A stretch of 64,000 nt of DNA from Nitrospirota bacterium (lineage in GTDB: Bacteria > Nitrospirota > UBA9217). Of the stretch, positions 10,548-19,616 are shown piece after piece; the stretch's first letter is position 1, and every line of letters begins with the position of its first letter. Location of the stretch: NCBI GenBank assembly GCA_037444505.1, contig JBBIMH010000013.1:51972-115971 (forward strand), read 5' to 3'. The notes beneath the pieces were generated by a model. The model was not told the DNA's origin. It made no database searches and saw only the letters and a list, made by a program, of their open reading frames with translations. The position numbers and the translations under genes are program-made.

Positions 10548-11067
10548 AATGTATCCCCCTCCGGCGTCAGAATGGTATAGGGCTATATCCACACAGGAAT
10601 CTTAGCATAAAATCTTTCGAGCAGGTGTATTTTTTAGGCTAATCCAGAGTCCATAAATGAAAAAACCGCCAAAGTGCATGTATATGGAGAATTTTTCCCT
10701 ATATACTGAATCTTTGGCGGCCCGACCGGCGTATAAAACAGAAATCCGCCCCTCTTAGGCGCGGCAATCACAGATTCCTGTTTTATGTAGCCTCGAAGCT
10801 CTGCGTCCCCAGGTTTCCCTGGGTTTGCTCTGAGCAAAGTCAGCAATTGGTTATAATGTAGGCAGACGACGGTAAAAATGTATCATTACTCGGCCCGCTT
10901 GTCAAGTGGTTGAAAGGCGGCAAAATGAAAAGATTGTTCAAGCCTGGGGCGGTGCTCCAAACGGTTTCACCCCCCTCTTTATCGACGCGGCCTAAATTTT
11001 AGGAAGGGTGTTCGTCCCCTGTTGGGCATACCCAGAAGCTGAGCAAAACGGACCGCTCGACTCCAGA

Positions 11068-11096
11068 TTGACAGCGCTGCCTCGGTAGTGTATACT
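11068..11096 (+). promoter_or_regulatory. Sigma70-type promoter: TTGACA, 17 nt spacer, TATACT
   Basis: Exact -35 and near-exact -10 with 17-nt spacing, about 55 nt upstream of the ATG at 11155. Followed by the hairpin ccggactaatccgg and the RBS GAGGAGG. Confidence 0.5.
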
Positions 11097-11154
11097 AGAT
11101 AAAAACCGGACTAATCCGGTGTTATATCACTGACAGTTTGAGGAGGACTACGGC

Positions 11155-11628
11155 ATGAATACAGCGGCGGCGGCTATTTGGGAATACAAGAACGATTTCT
11201 TTTCGATTGTAATTCGCGAGCATGAGGAGAAGCCCGGCAGTTTCATCTTCTGCAGCGGTGTCAGCATCCCCATGTTCAACCCCCTCTGTTGGAGAAAGAC
11301 GGGCATATGCTCCAATCCTGCATTCAAGGGGCTGCAGCTTATGCGTGCAAATGTCTCTCATTATGCTATCTCGCGCGGGATGAAGACGCAAAGAGCGGAT
11401 GCGGAATGTCCGCATGAAATCGGACGCGGCGACGGCTGGTATCAGGAGAGCCCGCTTTTGATCGAGGGCGCGTCCTACGAAGATGTACAGGATATTCTTA
11501 ATTTCAGCGCGCGAGACCTCATCCAGTCTGTGCTCAATGCATGCCAGATAGATGCGGGTATCCCAGAGGGAGAGATGGCGCCCGAAAAGATGCAGCGGTT
11601 CCTGGAATCGTTGGTAAAGCCGGCTTGA
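11155..11628 (+). CDS. Hypothetical cysteine-containing protein (157 aa), no family recognised
   Basis: Clean ORF with a strong RBS and a consensus promoter. Convergent with mnmA. Five Cys residues. Confidence 0.5.
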   Translation: MNTAAAAIWEYKNDFFSIVIREHEEKPGSFIFCSGVSIPMFNPLCWRKTGICSNPAFKGLQLMRANVSHYAISRGMKTQRADAECPHEIGRGDGWYQESPLLIEGASYEDVQDILNFSARDLIQSVLNACQIDAGIPEGEMAPEKMQRFLESLVKPA

Positions 11629-11762
11629 TGCCTTGATAGAAGCCTGTTAGATCCGCAAGAGGGCGCAGAGGTACATAGAATATCCGCGCCTTTTTTAATC
11701 TCTGCGGAAGGTCAAGTCGTGAAGATATAATAGGAGAAGATGCATTGAATTCCGGATGTGTT

Positions 11763-12803
11763 TCAAACGGCTGATTCAATTATCCCCCCTCCTACGACCA
11801 TATCGCCGTCATAGAACACAGCGGCCTGGCCGGGACAGACGCCGGAGACAGGATGGTCGAAGACGATGCGGACCCTCCTCTTTCCCACAGGCTCGATGAC
11901 CGCCGGAACGAACGGAGATCGGTAGCGGATCTTGACTGTAACATGCATACGTTCTTTCAGTTCGTCGAACGGAATAAAGCAGGCATCTGCAGCAAAGGCC
12001 TCTGATGTTAAGAGGTCGTCGTACCTGCCGAGCACCACCCTGTTCGTCTCCGCTTCGATGCGCACCACGTAAAGTCTCGATCCCGCCGAGACGCGGAGTT
12101 TTCTCCTCTGGCCTATGGTGAAGAAGGCTACACCCTCGTGCCTTCCCACAACAGTGCCGCCCACCATTACCATCTCGCCGGGCATGAGCGCCTCAGGTGC
12201 ATATTCCTTGAGGAAGGCGCGATAGTCGTTGCCAGGTATAAAGCAGACCTCTTGGCTATCGGGCCTCTCCGCCGTAGGCAGGTTCCTGCCTCTTGCGAGT
12301 CTGCGCACATCCGCCTTTTTATACCCCCCCAGCGGGAAGAGCACATGCTTCATCTGGTCCTGGGTCATGCGGTAGAGAAAATAGCTCTGGTCCTTGGCCT
12401 CATCAATGCCCCTTTTGAGTAGGGCACGTCCGGTCTTTTCATCGCGTTCAATGCGGGCATAGTGGCCTGTGGCAAGCCTATCGAAACCATGCTCGACTGC
12501 ATAATCGAGCAGCAGCCGGAATTTCACGATGTCATTGCACCTTATGCATGGGTTGGGCGTGCGGCCGATGCGATACTCTGAGACGAAGTTATCTATGATC
12601 TCCCGCTCGAAGGCATCCTGCACATCGAGAATCATGTGGGGAATGCCGAGGTGTTCGCACACCGCCATTGCGGAGGCGATGTCGCAGCACACGCCAGCGG
12701 CGAGCTTCATAGTGACCCCGGCCACATCGAGGCCCTGCTGTTTGAGGAGCGCCGCGGTCGCTGAACTGTCAACCCCGCCGCTCATTGCAATTAGAACACG
12801 CAT
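11763..12803 (-). CDS. mnmA: tRNA-specific 2-thiouridylase MnmA
   Basis: PP-loop MRVLIAMSGGVDSS, and the overall MnmA-like sequence is recognisable throughout. The start was chosen at MRVL, not the longer upstream ATG. Confidence 0.9.
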   Translation of the reverse strand: MRVLIAMSGGVDSSATAALLKQQGLDVAGVTMKLAAGVCCDIASAMAVCEHLGIPHMILDVQDAFEREIIDNFVSEYRIGRTPNPCIRCNDIVKFRLLLDYAVEHGFDRLATGHYARIERDEKTGRALLKRGIDEAKDQSYFLYRMTQDQMKHVLFPLGGYKKADVRRLARGRNLPTAERPDSQEVCFIPGNDYRAFLKEYAPEALMPGEMVMVGGTVVGRHEGVAFFTIGQRRKLRVSAGSRLYVVRIEAETNRVVLGRYDDLLTSEAFAADACFIPFDELKERMHVTVKIRYRSPFVPAVIEPVGKRRVRIVFDHPVSGVCPGQAAVFYDGDMVVGGGIIESAV

Positions 12804-12877
12804 GGTCATGCAAGATACTCGACAGCTACGAATCAGCATGGATGGACGCGGAAATCTTCGGGGACAAGATTGACAAG

Positions 12878-12995
12878 CTCGTAAAAAAGCATTTGCACCG
12901 CCGAGAGCGCCGAGGGCACGGAGAAAAACGTCTATCTTTTGAATGGGCTCTCGGCGCTCTCCGCGATCTCTGCGGTAAATCGAACTTTTTACGAG
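12878..12995. repeat. Palindromic MITE/REP-like intergenic repeat, copy 1
   Basis: ctcgtaaaaaag...caccgcc at the left end and ctctgcggtaaat...ctttttacgag at the right end. Same family as the copies at 38297, 40262 and 40390. Confidence 0.6.
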
Positions 12996-13077
12996 TTCAT
13001 CAATATTCCCAGCCCCAAAGGCCGCTTCTTATCCGTGTTTATCCGTATGCAACAGTGGTAAAAGATTGTTTATCATT

Positions 13078-13818
13078 TTAAGCTTTTTCCCACTTAATGA
13101 CAAGGAGGATGACCGAGCCGGCAGCAAAGAGGACCGCACCCACGAGCGCCCAGATTGCTCCGGGGTCTTTGTTGACCATGAGGACGGCGGAAGGCCCGGC
13201 CTCGAAGGCAAGGCTTTTAAGATACACGCCCGTCCCCTTGTAGAAGAGCGGGCTGTTCGGCCCGAGCATGCCCGCCTTCACCCTCTTGCCGTCTTCGAAC
13301 ACATATACCTCGGCGGACCAGTCCGTAAGATAACCCGCGTCGTCCACCTTCGCGCGGATCTCGCGGAGGTAGAGCCCCCGGTCTTCTGGCAGCCGCGCGA
13401 AGGCGCCCTCGGGCATGACGCCGGAGAGACGGTATCCCCACACCGCCCCCATGAGGTGTGCAAGAAGGATGAACAGGAACCCGATGTGGATGATTTGAGG
13501 CGAAATGCGGAGAAGAAAGTCCCTTCGTGTCCACCGGCCCTTTACAGTCTGGATGCTGCAGACGAGAGTGTTGATGGTAAGAATGACAAGAGCGGCGACG
13601 GAGGCGAAGAACCACCAAGTCTGCCACAGGTGCCTCGCGCCCGCCTCGGCAGCCCACTCAAAGAGCAGGGCGCTGTTCATGGGGCCAAAGACCTCGCGGT
13701 ACGCGGGCATCATGTACGAGCCGATGAAAAAAAGGGCAATGAGCGCCACGAGCGTCCAGACCGTAGTCTTGAGGGAGATGAAGAAGTCCTTCATGATAAA
13801 TCGATAGGCATATTGCAC
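13078..13818 (-). CDS. Short ResB/Ccs1-like cytochrome c biogenesis membrane protein
   Basis: N-terminal and C-terminal transmembrane segments with ResB-like motifs but a much shorter periplasmic region. An alternative start MKDFF at 13794 overlaps the stop of the upstream fragment (ATGA). Confidence 0.55.
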   Translation of the reverse strand: MQYAYRFIMKDFFISLKTTVWTLVALIALFFIGSYMMPAYREVFGPMNSALLFEWAAEAGARHLWQTWWFFASVAALVILTINTLVCSIQTVKGRWTRRDFLLRISPQIIHIGFLFILLAHLMGAVWGYRLSGVMPEGAFARLPEDRGLYLREIRAKVDDAGYLTDWSAEVYVFEDGKRVKAGMLGPNSPLFYKGTGVYLKSLAFEAGPSAVLMVNKDPGAIWALVGAVLFAAGSVILLVIKWEKA

Positions 13819-14027
13819 GGGGCAGAGAGCTCTGTTTTTACGCTATGCTCTCTGCTCAATGTCATTTGCCGTCCCTTAAAACTCATGCGAGTTTTCATCA
13901 AAAGCCAGACACCCGCGCATAGAAACATGACGATAATGAAACCAGAGATGCCCATCCATGAAATAAGACGACCGCCTCGGATATAAGGATTCTTTCCCGG
14001 ATGTAGTACAACACGGCTTATTGAATC
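13791..14027 (-). pseudogene. Duplicated 3' fragment of ccsA (CcsA C-terminus remnant)
   Basis: Minus-strand frame encodes ..VVLHPGKNPYIRGGRLISWMGISGFIIVMFLCAGVWLLMK.., against the CcsA C-terminus YLHARLIKGWSGRPVSWMGIAGFVIVMFLYAGVGLLMK. About 75% nucleotide identity to 16815-16950. An in-frame TAA lies upstream and there is no convincing start. Confidence 0.45.
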
Positions 14028-14158
14028 TTACACGAACTGCGGAAAAACAGCAACCCGAGAAATGCTTCGTGGCATATGACGGACACCAACGGTTCGAGAC
14101 AGCGCCCTATACATTGCCCTCTCCCTGCCGGGGGAGAGGATGAGCGTAAGAGGAATTG

Positions 14159-14821
14159 TCACTTCTTTGCATATTCCTCGATCTTCCCGTTCTTCATGAC
14201 GAGCTTCCGATCGGCGAGCCGATCGGCCTGACCTGCGTCGTGGGTTGTAATAATGATGGTACGGCCGTGCTGTTGCTTGAGCCTCGTGATTATGCCTTCG
14301 ATGATCTCCGTGTTCTCCTGATCTACCGAGGCCGTAGGCTCGTCGAGGAAAAGGATTTCCGGTTCGATGGCCAGCGCCCGTGCGATGCCGAGCCTCTTGG
14401 TCTCGCCGCTCGAGAGGGTCAGCGCCCGCTGGTCCCGCTTCGTATCGAGACCGACGAAGGCGAGTGCATTCATTGTCCGCTCTTTCAGTTCATGTCTTTT
14501 AGTTCCGCGTACGGCAAGACCATATGCGACGTTCTTAAACACTGTGGTGTTGAACACGCCGACCTGCGGCAGCACGAGAGTGATCCTGCGGCGGAGCGCC
14601 ATGTCCCTCGGCATCTCCTGATCGCCGGAAAAATACCGCACCTCTCCCCCGTCCTGTTGCTCGAGGAGCGCGCATATCCTGAGGAACGTTGACTTGCCGC
14701 TCCCGTTAGGCCCAGTGAGCACATATGTCGTTCCTCCCTCGAAGGAAAAGGAACAGCCACGCAGCACGGGTCTGCCGCCGTAGCTCTTCGAGATTTGGGA
14801 TGCAATCAGTCTCAGGCTCAT
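14159..14821 (-). CDS. tupC: Tungstate/molybdate-type ABC transporter ATP-binding protein (TupC-like)
   Basis: Walker A GPNGSGKST, signature LSSGETKRLGIARAL, Walker B ILFLDEP. Immediately downstream of tupB. Confidence 0.75.
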   Translation of the reverse strand: MSLRLIASQISKSYGGRPVLRGCSFSFEGGTTYVLTGPNGSGKSTFLRICALLEQQDGGEVRYFSGDQEMPRDMALRRRITLVLPQVGVFNTTVFKNVAYGLAVRGTKRHELKERTMNALAFVGLDTKRDQRALTLSSGETKRLGIARALAIEPEILFLDEPTASVDQENTEIIEGIITRLKQQHGRTIIITTHDAGQADRLADRKLVMKNGKIEEYAKK

Positions 14822-14823
14822 GA

Positions 14824-15525
14824 TTACGCGTGCACTCCTCCCCTTCTCTGGACGATGTGCAGCACCGCATTGATCGCAAACGATAGCGCGAGAAGGATGG
14901 TCCCGAGCGCTAGGGCAAGTTCGAAATTCCCCTTGTCCGTCTCGAGGGCGATCGTCGTGGTCATCACCCGTGTGGAGCCTGCAATGTTACCGCCCACGAT
15001 CAGGATCGCGCCCACCTCGGCCATGACCCTGCCGAAGGCTGCGATCACCGCCGACAAAATCCCATACCGCGCTTCCCTGATAATCGTTATTATGGTCTGG
15101 AAGGGAGTTGCCCCGAGAGAGACCGCGGCCTGTCTAACCGCCTGATCCACGGCGACAACGGCAGAATGGCAAAGGGCCGCGACGATGGGCAAGGCAAGGA
15201 CGGTCTGGGCGATGACCATGGCCGACGGCGTATAGAGAAGTCCCATAAAACCCAGAGGCCCGCTCCTCGAAAGAAGCAGGTAGACGAAGAGCCCCACGAC
15301 GACAGGCGGAAGGCCGGTGAGTGTGTTCATGACGCTGATGACGAAGCCTCGGCCCGGGAACCGCGCCAGCCCCGTCGCCGCTCCCGCAGGGACCCCGCCG
15401 ATGACGGACAGGAGGAGCGCGACGCCCGAGACCTCGAAGGTGAGCAGAATGATCCCGATGAGCTCGGCGTCAAGGTGAACAATCAGGCCGAAGGCCTTTA
15501 TGAAGCCCTGGGTGATGGAGTCCAT
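14824..15525 (-). CDS. tupB: Tungstate ABC transporter permease (TupB-like)
   Basis: 233-aa polytopic permease directly 3' of the binding protein, with a 3-bp gap to the ATPase. Confidence 0.75.
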   Translation of the reverse strand: MDSITQGFIKAFGLIVHLDAELIGIILLTFEVSGVALLLSVIGGVPAGAATGLARFPGRGFVISVMNTLTGLPPVVVGLFVYLLLSRSGPLGFMGLLYTPSAMVIAQTVLALPIVAALCHSAVVAVDQAVRQAAVSLGATPFQTIITIIREARYGILSAVIAAFGRVMAEVGAILIVGGNIAGSTRVMTTTIALETDKGNFELALALGTILLALSFAINAVLHIVQRRGGVHA

Positions 15526-15636
15526 AAAAACTTCATTTTAACCGCTGATGTACGCAGATTCACATGGATAAAAAATTTCAATACTCCATGTCAGTCTGTC
15601 ATGCGAATTCATCCGTGTTCATACGTGATAAATAAA

Positions 15637-16443
15637 TCACTTTGCGTTCGGCTTGAACAGCACGATTCCGTTTTTGTCCTTGAACGACGCAATGGCCGTC
15701 TGGCCTTCCTTCGAGACGAGCCAGTTCACGAACTCCCTAGCTTCCTTGTACTTCACGTGCTTGTGCTTCGCCGGGTTCACAACCATTACGCCGTACTGAT
15801 TGAAGAGCGAAGGGGCACCCTCGAAAACCATGACCATATCGAGCTTGTCCTTCGTGGCAAGCCATGTGCCGCGGTCCGTGAGCGTGTAGGCCCGCTTTTC
15901 ATCGGCGATCCGCTGAGTCTTCTCCATTCCCTGGCCGGCCTCAAGATACCACTTCTGACCCGCAGGATCAATCCCTGCAGCCTTCCAGAGGGTAAGCTCT
16001 TTCGTGTGGGTGCCTGATTTGTCGCCGCGGGAAACGAATAGCGCACCTGCTCTCGCGATCTTCCGGAGCGCATCTACTGCCGTCGTTGCGCTTTTGAGCT
16101 TCGCGGGGTCATGCGGCGGGCCGATGATCACGAAGTCATTGTACATCACGTCGTGCCGGTCCACAAACCAGCCCTCCTCCACAGCCTTGAGCTCCTGCTC
16201 CTTCGCATGGACCAGGACAACGTCTGCGTCGCCACGCTTACCGATCTCGATGGCCGCGCCCGTACCCACGGCGATCAGGTCCACTCTGATGCCAGTTTTC
16301 TTTTCGAATAGCGGCAGGATGTAATCAAACAACCCCGAATTCTGCGTGCTCGTCGTCGAAGCGCAGCGGATTCTCGGCTGTTCTGTAAGGGCCGCGCATG
16401 TTGATGCTGCCAGTATAATCAGTACCGGCAACGCTCTCTTCAT
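15637..16443 (-). CDS. tupA: Tungstate ABC transporter substrate-binding protein (TupA-like)
   Basis: Signal peptide. Anion-binding motif TTSTQNSGL near the N-terminus, which is characteristic of TupA. Confidence 0.75.
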   Translation of the reverse strand: MKRALPVLIILAASTCAALTEQPRIRCASTTSTQNSGLFDYILPLFEKKTGIRVDLIAVGTGAAIEIGKRGDADVVLVHAKEQELKAVEEGWFVDRHDVMYNDFVIIGPPHDPAKLKSATTAVDALRKIARAGALFVSRGDKSGTHTKELTLWKAAGIDPAGQKWYLEAGQGMEKTQRIADEKRAYTLTDRGTWLATKDKLDMVMVFEGAPSLFNQYGVMVVNPAKHKHVKYKEAREFVNWLVSKEGQTAIASFKDKNGIVLFKPNAK

Positions 16444-16804
16444 GATCGTCTCCTTTTTTGTATGAGTATGACAAGCAGTCTTATTTGCTTATGCGCGAGA
16501 AATCTCTTTAAATCGTTATGGAACTTCCAGAGCAGATCGATTGCTCGTTCCCCCGCCTCAGGCACCTGTCCGCTACCTACCACTTGCATCCTGTGGCAAG
16601 TTCCGCAAAGGGTTTTTCGGCCTGGCGGTTAATGGAATCCTCGATGTCCAAAGCGCGGCGACATGTCATTTCCATGGACTCAGCCGCTGACTGACTAATC
16701 GAATATGACGCGGACTTTTTTGTCACCAGCGGGCTCGATGACCCCCGGAGCGAACAATGAGCGGTAACGGACCCTAGCTGTTACATGCCTGTCTCTCCTC
16801 ACAT

Positions 16805-17512
16805 CTACGGATAGAACTCATGCGAGCTCTTCATCAAAAGCCCGACTCCCGCATAAAGAAACATGACTATAACGAAGCCCGCTATGCCCATCCAGGAGAC
16901 AGGACGCCCACTCCACCCCTTTATGAGCCTTGCATGAAGATAGAGGCTGTACCATAACCAAACAATAGTCGTCCAGAGCTCCTTGGGTGTCCAGAGCCAG
17001 TAGGTCCCCCAGGCAAGATGCGCCCATATGCCGCCGAATATCATCCCGACCGAGAATATGACATAACCGACCAGGATGAGGCGGTACTGGTTCCGCTCGG
17101 AGTTTTGCTCGTTTCCACAGAGATGCAACAGACCCCAGACAGCGGCGATGCCGAAGAGCGCATATGCTACGAAAGTCAATACGACGTGCAGCTCGAACCA
17201 TAACGTTTTCAAGACCGGCGGCAGCGGAGCCTGCATCTGCGGCGCGTATGCTGAGAACACAAGAAGCGCCAGAATGAGAGGGACGGAGATGTAGGTGAAT
17301 AGATCGCGCCTGCGTCTCCAGGCAAATACTGCATAGACTGCAGCAAGGGCAAAGGTGAGAAAGCCCAAGGTATCATGAAGACCGACAAGAGGTATGCGGC
17401 CGTATTCTACGGCACTTTGTGCGATTGCGACTGCATGCAGTAGAAGTCCGACAACGACCAACCGCGGCCTGTACATCGCGGCGCAGTAGAGAAAGGGAAT
17501 GATTATTTCCAT
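16805..17512 (-). CDS. ccsA: Cytochrome c-type biogenesis protein CcsA/ResC
   Basis: WWD-type motif WAHLAWGTYWLWTPKELW with conserved His residues. Polytopic membrane protein. Confidence 0.8.
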   Translation of the reverse strand: MEIIIPFLYCAAMYRPRLVVVGLLLHAVAIAQSAVEYGRIPLVGLHDTLGFLTFALAAVYAVFAWRRRRDLFTYISVPLILALLVFSAYAPQMQAPLPPVLKTLWFELHVVLTFVAYALFGIAAVWGLLHLCGNEQNSERNQYRLILVGYVIFSVGMIFGGIWAHLAWGTYWLWTPKELWTTIVWLWYSLYLHARLIKGWSGRPVSWMGIAGFVIVMFLYAGVGLLMKSSHEFYP

Positions 17513-17529
17513 AACAGGCGAAGACTAAA

Positions 17530-17557
17530 AAGGCATCCCGTATCATGGGGATGCCTT
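17530..17557 (-). terminator. Rho-independent terminator downstream of hup
   Basis: On the minus strand AAGGCATCCC-catgatac-GGGATGCCTT is followed by TTTTAG, a perfect 9-10 bp stem. Confidence 0.6.
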
Positions 17558-17590
17558 ATACCAGCAGCATTAATGAATCCGCTGTATTGT

Positions 17591-17878
17591 CTATTTCTTA
17601 CCGAGAATCGCCTCTTTGGCAGCCTTGGCGACGCGGAACTTGACCACCTTCTTCGCGGGTATCTTGATGGCCTCGCCGGTCTGGGGGTTCCTGCCCATGC
17701 GCGCCTTGCGGTTTACGAGGACGAGTTTCCCGAGGCCGGGAAGCGTGAAGGCGTTCTTGGCCTCCTTGTAAGCAAGGTTTGCCAGCTCCTCGAGAAACTG
17801 GACAGCCACCTTTTTCTTGATGTCCACCTTCTTCGCCAGGTAGTCCGCAATCTGGGACTTTGTCATGGCTTTTGCCAT
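17591..17878 (-). CDS. hup: HU/IHF-family nucleoid-associated DNA-binding protein
   Basis: MTKSQIADYLAKK...GLGKLVLVNRKARMGRNPQTGEAIKIPAKKVVKFR is canonical HU sequence. Confidence 0.9.
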   Translation of the reverse strand: MAKAMTKSQIADYLAKKVDIKKKVAVQFLEELANLAYKEAKNAFTLPGLGKLVLVNRKARMGRNPQTGEAIKIPAKKVVKFRVAKAAKEAILGKK

Positions 17879-18133
17879 AAACTTTCCTCCTTGAATGATG
17901 AAATGAGAATGTTATTTCGACTGCCGTGGCAGATATGCCGCAATTTTCGTTTAAAGTATATCCATTCTCCGCAAAAATAGCAAGCAAAATTTTAAAAAAC
18001 TTTTTGTGGCTGGATGACTGCTCACGATGGACCTTTTTCTGAGTTGACTTGCGTATCCGATTTATGTTAATTTATGCGACGATTCGACGGACCGCGTCTG
18101 TTGAAGCAGCTATTTTATTTCACAAGGAGGCGG

Positions 18134-18262
18134 ATGATGGCCACGAAGACGAATTTCATACTCAAGGTGCAAGATGCAAAGCTCGCGGATGTTCAGAAGG
18201 CGCTCAAGGATGCGAACATAAATGTGATCAGCATCCTGGAAATCCATAAGGAAGAGGCTTAG
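18134..18262 (+). CDS. Hypothetical 42-aa miniprotein
   Basis: GGAGG RBS 6 nt upstream of an ATG inside a longer ORF. Predicted beta-alpha-beta pattern. No family recognised. Confidence 0.3.
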   Translation: MMATKTNFILKVQDAKLADVQKALKDANINVISILEIHKEEA

Positions 18263-18361
18263 CTTTTAAAATCGTAAGGCTTTTTCGTACAACCGGCTGC
18301 ATGATAAGTCCCACAGCTGGAACGATATATTATACTCTTATTAGGCGGCGAAAACAGCGTT

Positions 18362-18619
18362 ATGAAGGTCACGCTCGATGATCTCGAACAAGTCGCACAG
18401 AGCCTCCAGGTCAAGGTGACCTATGACGATCTGAGGACGTCGAGAGGGGGCTCTTGCAGGGTGATGGAAACACACAGGATAATAATCAACAAACGCCTGC
18501 CCGCCTCCGAAAAGGCGAGCATCCTCGCCAGGGAGCTTGCCGCCTTCGACTTGAATGGCCTTGACATCCCTGAAAAAGTGCGAAAGAGGATAATGTTCGA
18601 GGCAGGACGCCGGGGATGA
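18362..18619 (+). CDS. Hypothetical 85-aa protein resembling a degenerate ImmA/IrrE (M78) peptidase core
   Basis: LQVKVTYDDL..GGSCRV..HRIIINKRL..ILARELAAF resembles the M78 core, but RELAA replaces HEXXH. Confidence 0.35.
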   Translation: MKVTLDDLEQVAQSLQVKVTYDDLRTSRGGSCRVMETHRIIINKRLPASEKASILARELAAFDLNGLDIPEKVRKRIMFEAGRRG

Positions 18620-18675
18620 GCGAAGCTCGTTTTATTTGATTTCGGGCGGTCTGTTCATCTACAACAGGGCATTCT

Positions 18676-19170
18676 ATGAGCCGGTTCATCCTTATATCAT
18701 GCATGGCGCTCATGCTCAATGCATGCCCATACTCCATCTCCAAATCTGTAGTTGTCAAGGCGGACACTTCTATCCAATTTGAAAAACTCGTCAGCACCCC
18801 TGATGACTACAAAGGAAAGGTTTTGATTTTGGGCGGCACTATCGTCAGGGCGGCGCAGACCGAGCAGGGGACACTGCTCGAGGTCATACAGAAAGAACTC
18901 GATTACTGGGGGAGGCCGCGAAACACCTATAGAACAGGCGGAAGGTTTCTGGTGCTGATTCGCACGGCCTCCGAAGGCTACGTTTTTAAACAGGAGATCG
19001 TAGTCGCGGGTGAAGTGATAGGGTCCGGCAAGGGCATCGACGGCACCGGGCCGTATCCTGTGCTTCGGCCCTTAGAGATAAGGATATGGCCGGTGGAGCG
19101 CGCTTCTGAAAGGCCTGCCTGGTTGGATCCGCTCTATGACCCTGCCGGCTCCGGCAGGCCAGGCTGGTAA
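18676..19170 (+). CDS. Slp/YeaY-family outer-membrane lipoprotein, paralog 1
   Basis: Lipobox LMLNAC. The DDYKGKVLILGGTIV core is typical of the Slp family. Confidence 0.65.
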   Translation: MSRFILISCMALMLNACPYSISKSVVVKADTSIQFEKLVSTPDDYKGKVLILGGTIVRAAQTEQGTLLEVIQKELDYWGRPRNTYRTGGRFLVLIRTASEGYVFKQEIVVAGEVIGSGKGIDGTGPYPVLRPLEIRIWPVERASERPAWLDPLYDPAGSGRPGW

Positions 19171-19616
19171 ATACGGCCCTCCGACTTATGACGAAAACCT
19201 GCGAGATCTGGTCTTGCATCAGGCCTCGCTGAGAAGCAGCACTCAAAAAACAGTAGGCTTTTCCCTTGGGTTTTAGAGATTCGAACCGACAAGACCTTAC
19301 AATAATAATCGATAAACCTGCTTTCGGTCCGGCCCATTTCGGTGTAAAATATTTATAATAGCACATAGGTAATGTTAAAAGTTTCAAAAAAAGAGGATAA
19401 GAAGTGGAACCACAGACGCCATAGAGGTAATTGCTTGAGTAGAATGCTCCACATTCTCATGGATTTTTTGATACAAGGTAAAAAGAGACAGGGATGATAA
19501 AGGAAAAGAGGAGAGGCGGAGCAAGGACGCCGACGAATTTTATATTTTCGTTTATGTCTTTCTTTGTGGGCTCTGGGGTTAGTTTTTGACACTACGGCAA
19601 TATAGAGGTCTCAGGC

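Noticed and set aside
10634-10846. 70-aa minus-strand ORF in the 10.6-11.1 kb intergenic region
   Set aside because: Overlaps hairpin-forming repeats. No RBS. Likely non-coding structured DNA or RNA.
13066-13986. 306-aa plus-strand ORF
   Set aside because: Antisense to the ResB-like gene and the CcsA remnant. Low-complexity charged composition.
15166-16017. 283-aa plus-strand ORF
   Set aside because: Antisense across tupB and tupA. Arg/Asp-rich, a GC-frame artefact.
19270-19330. tRNA-like T-loop sequence GGTTCGAATC on the minus strand
   Set aside because: Flanking bases do not form a T-stem (gtcgg vs ctcta) and no acceptor or anticodon arms can be built. Probably a chance match or a very decayed fragment.
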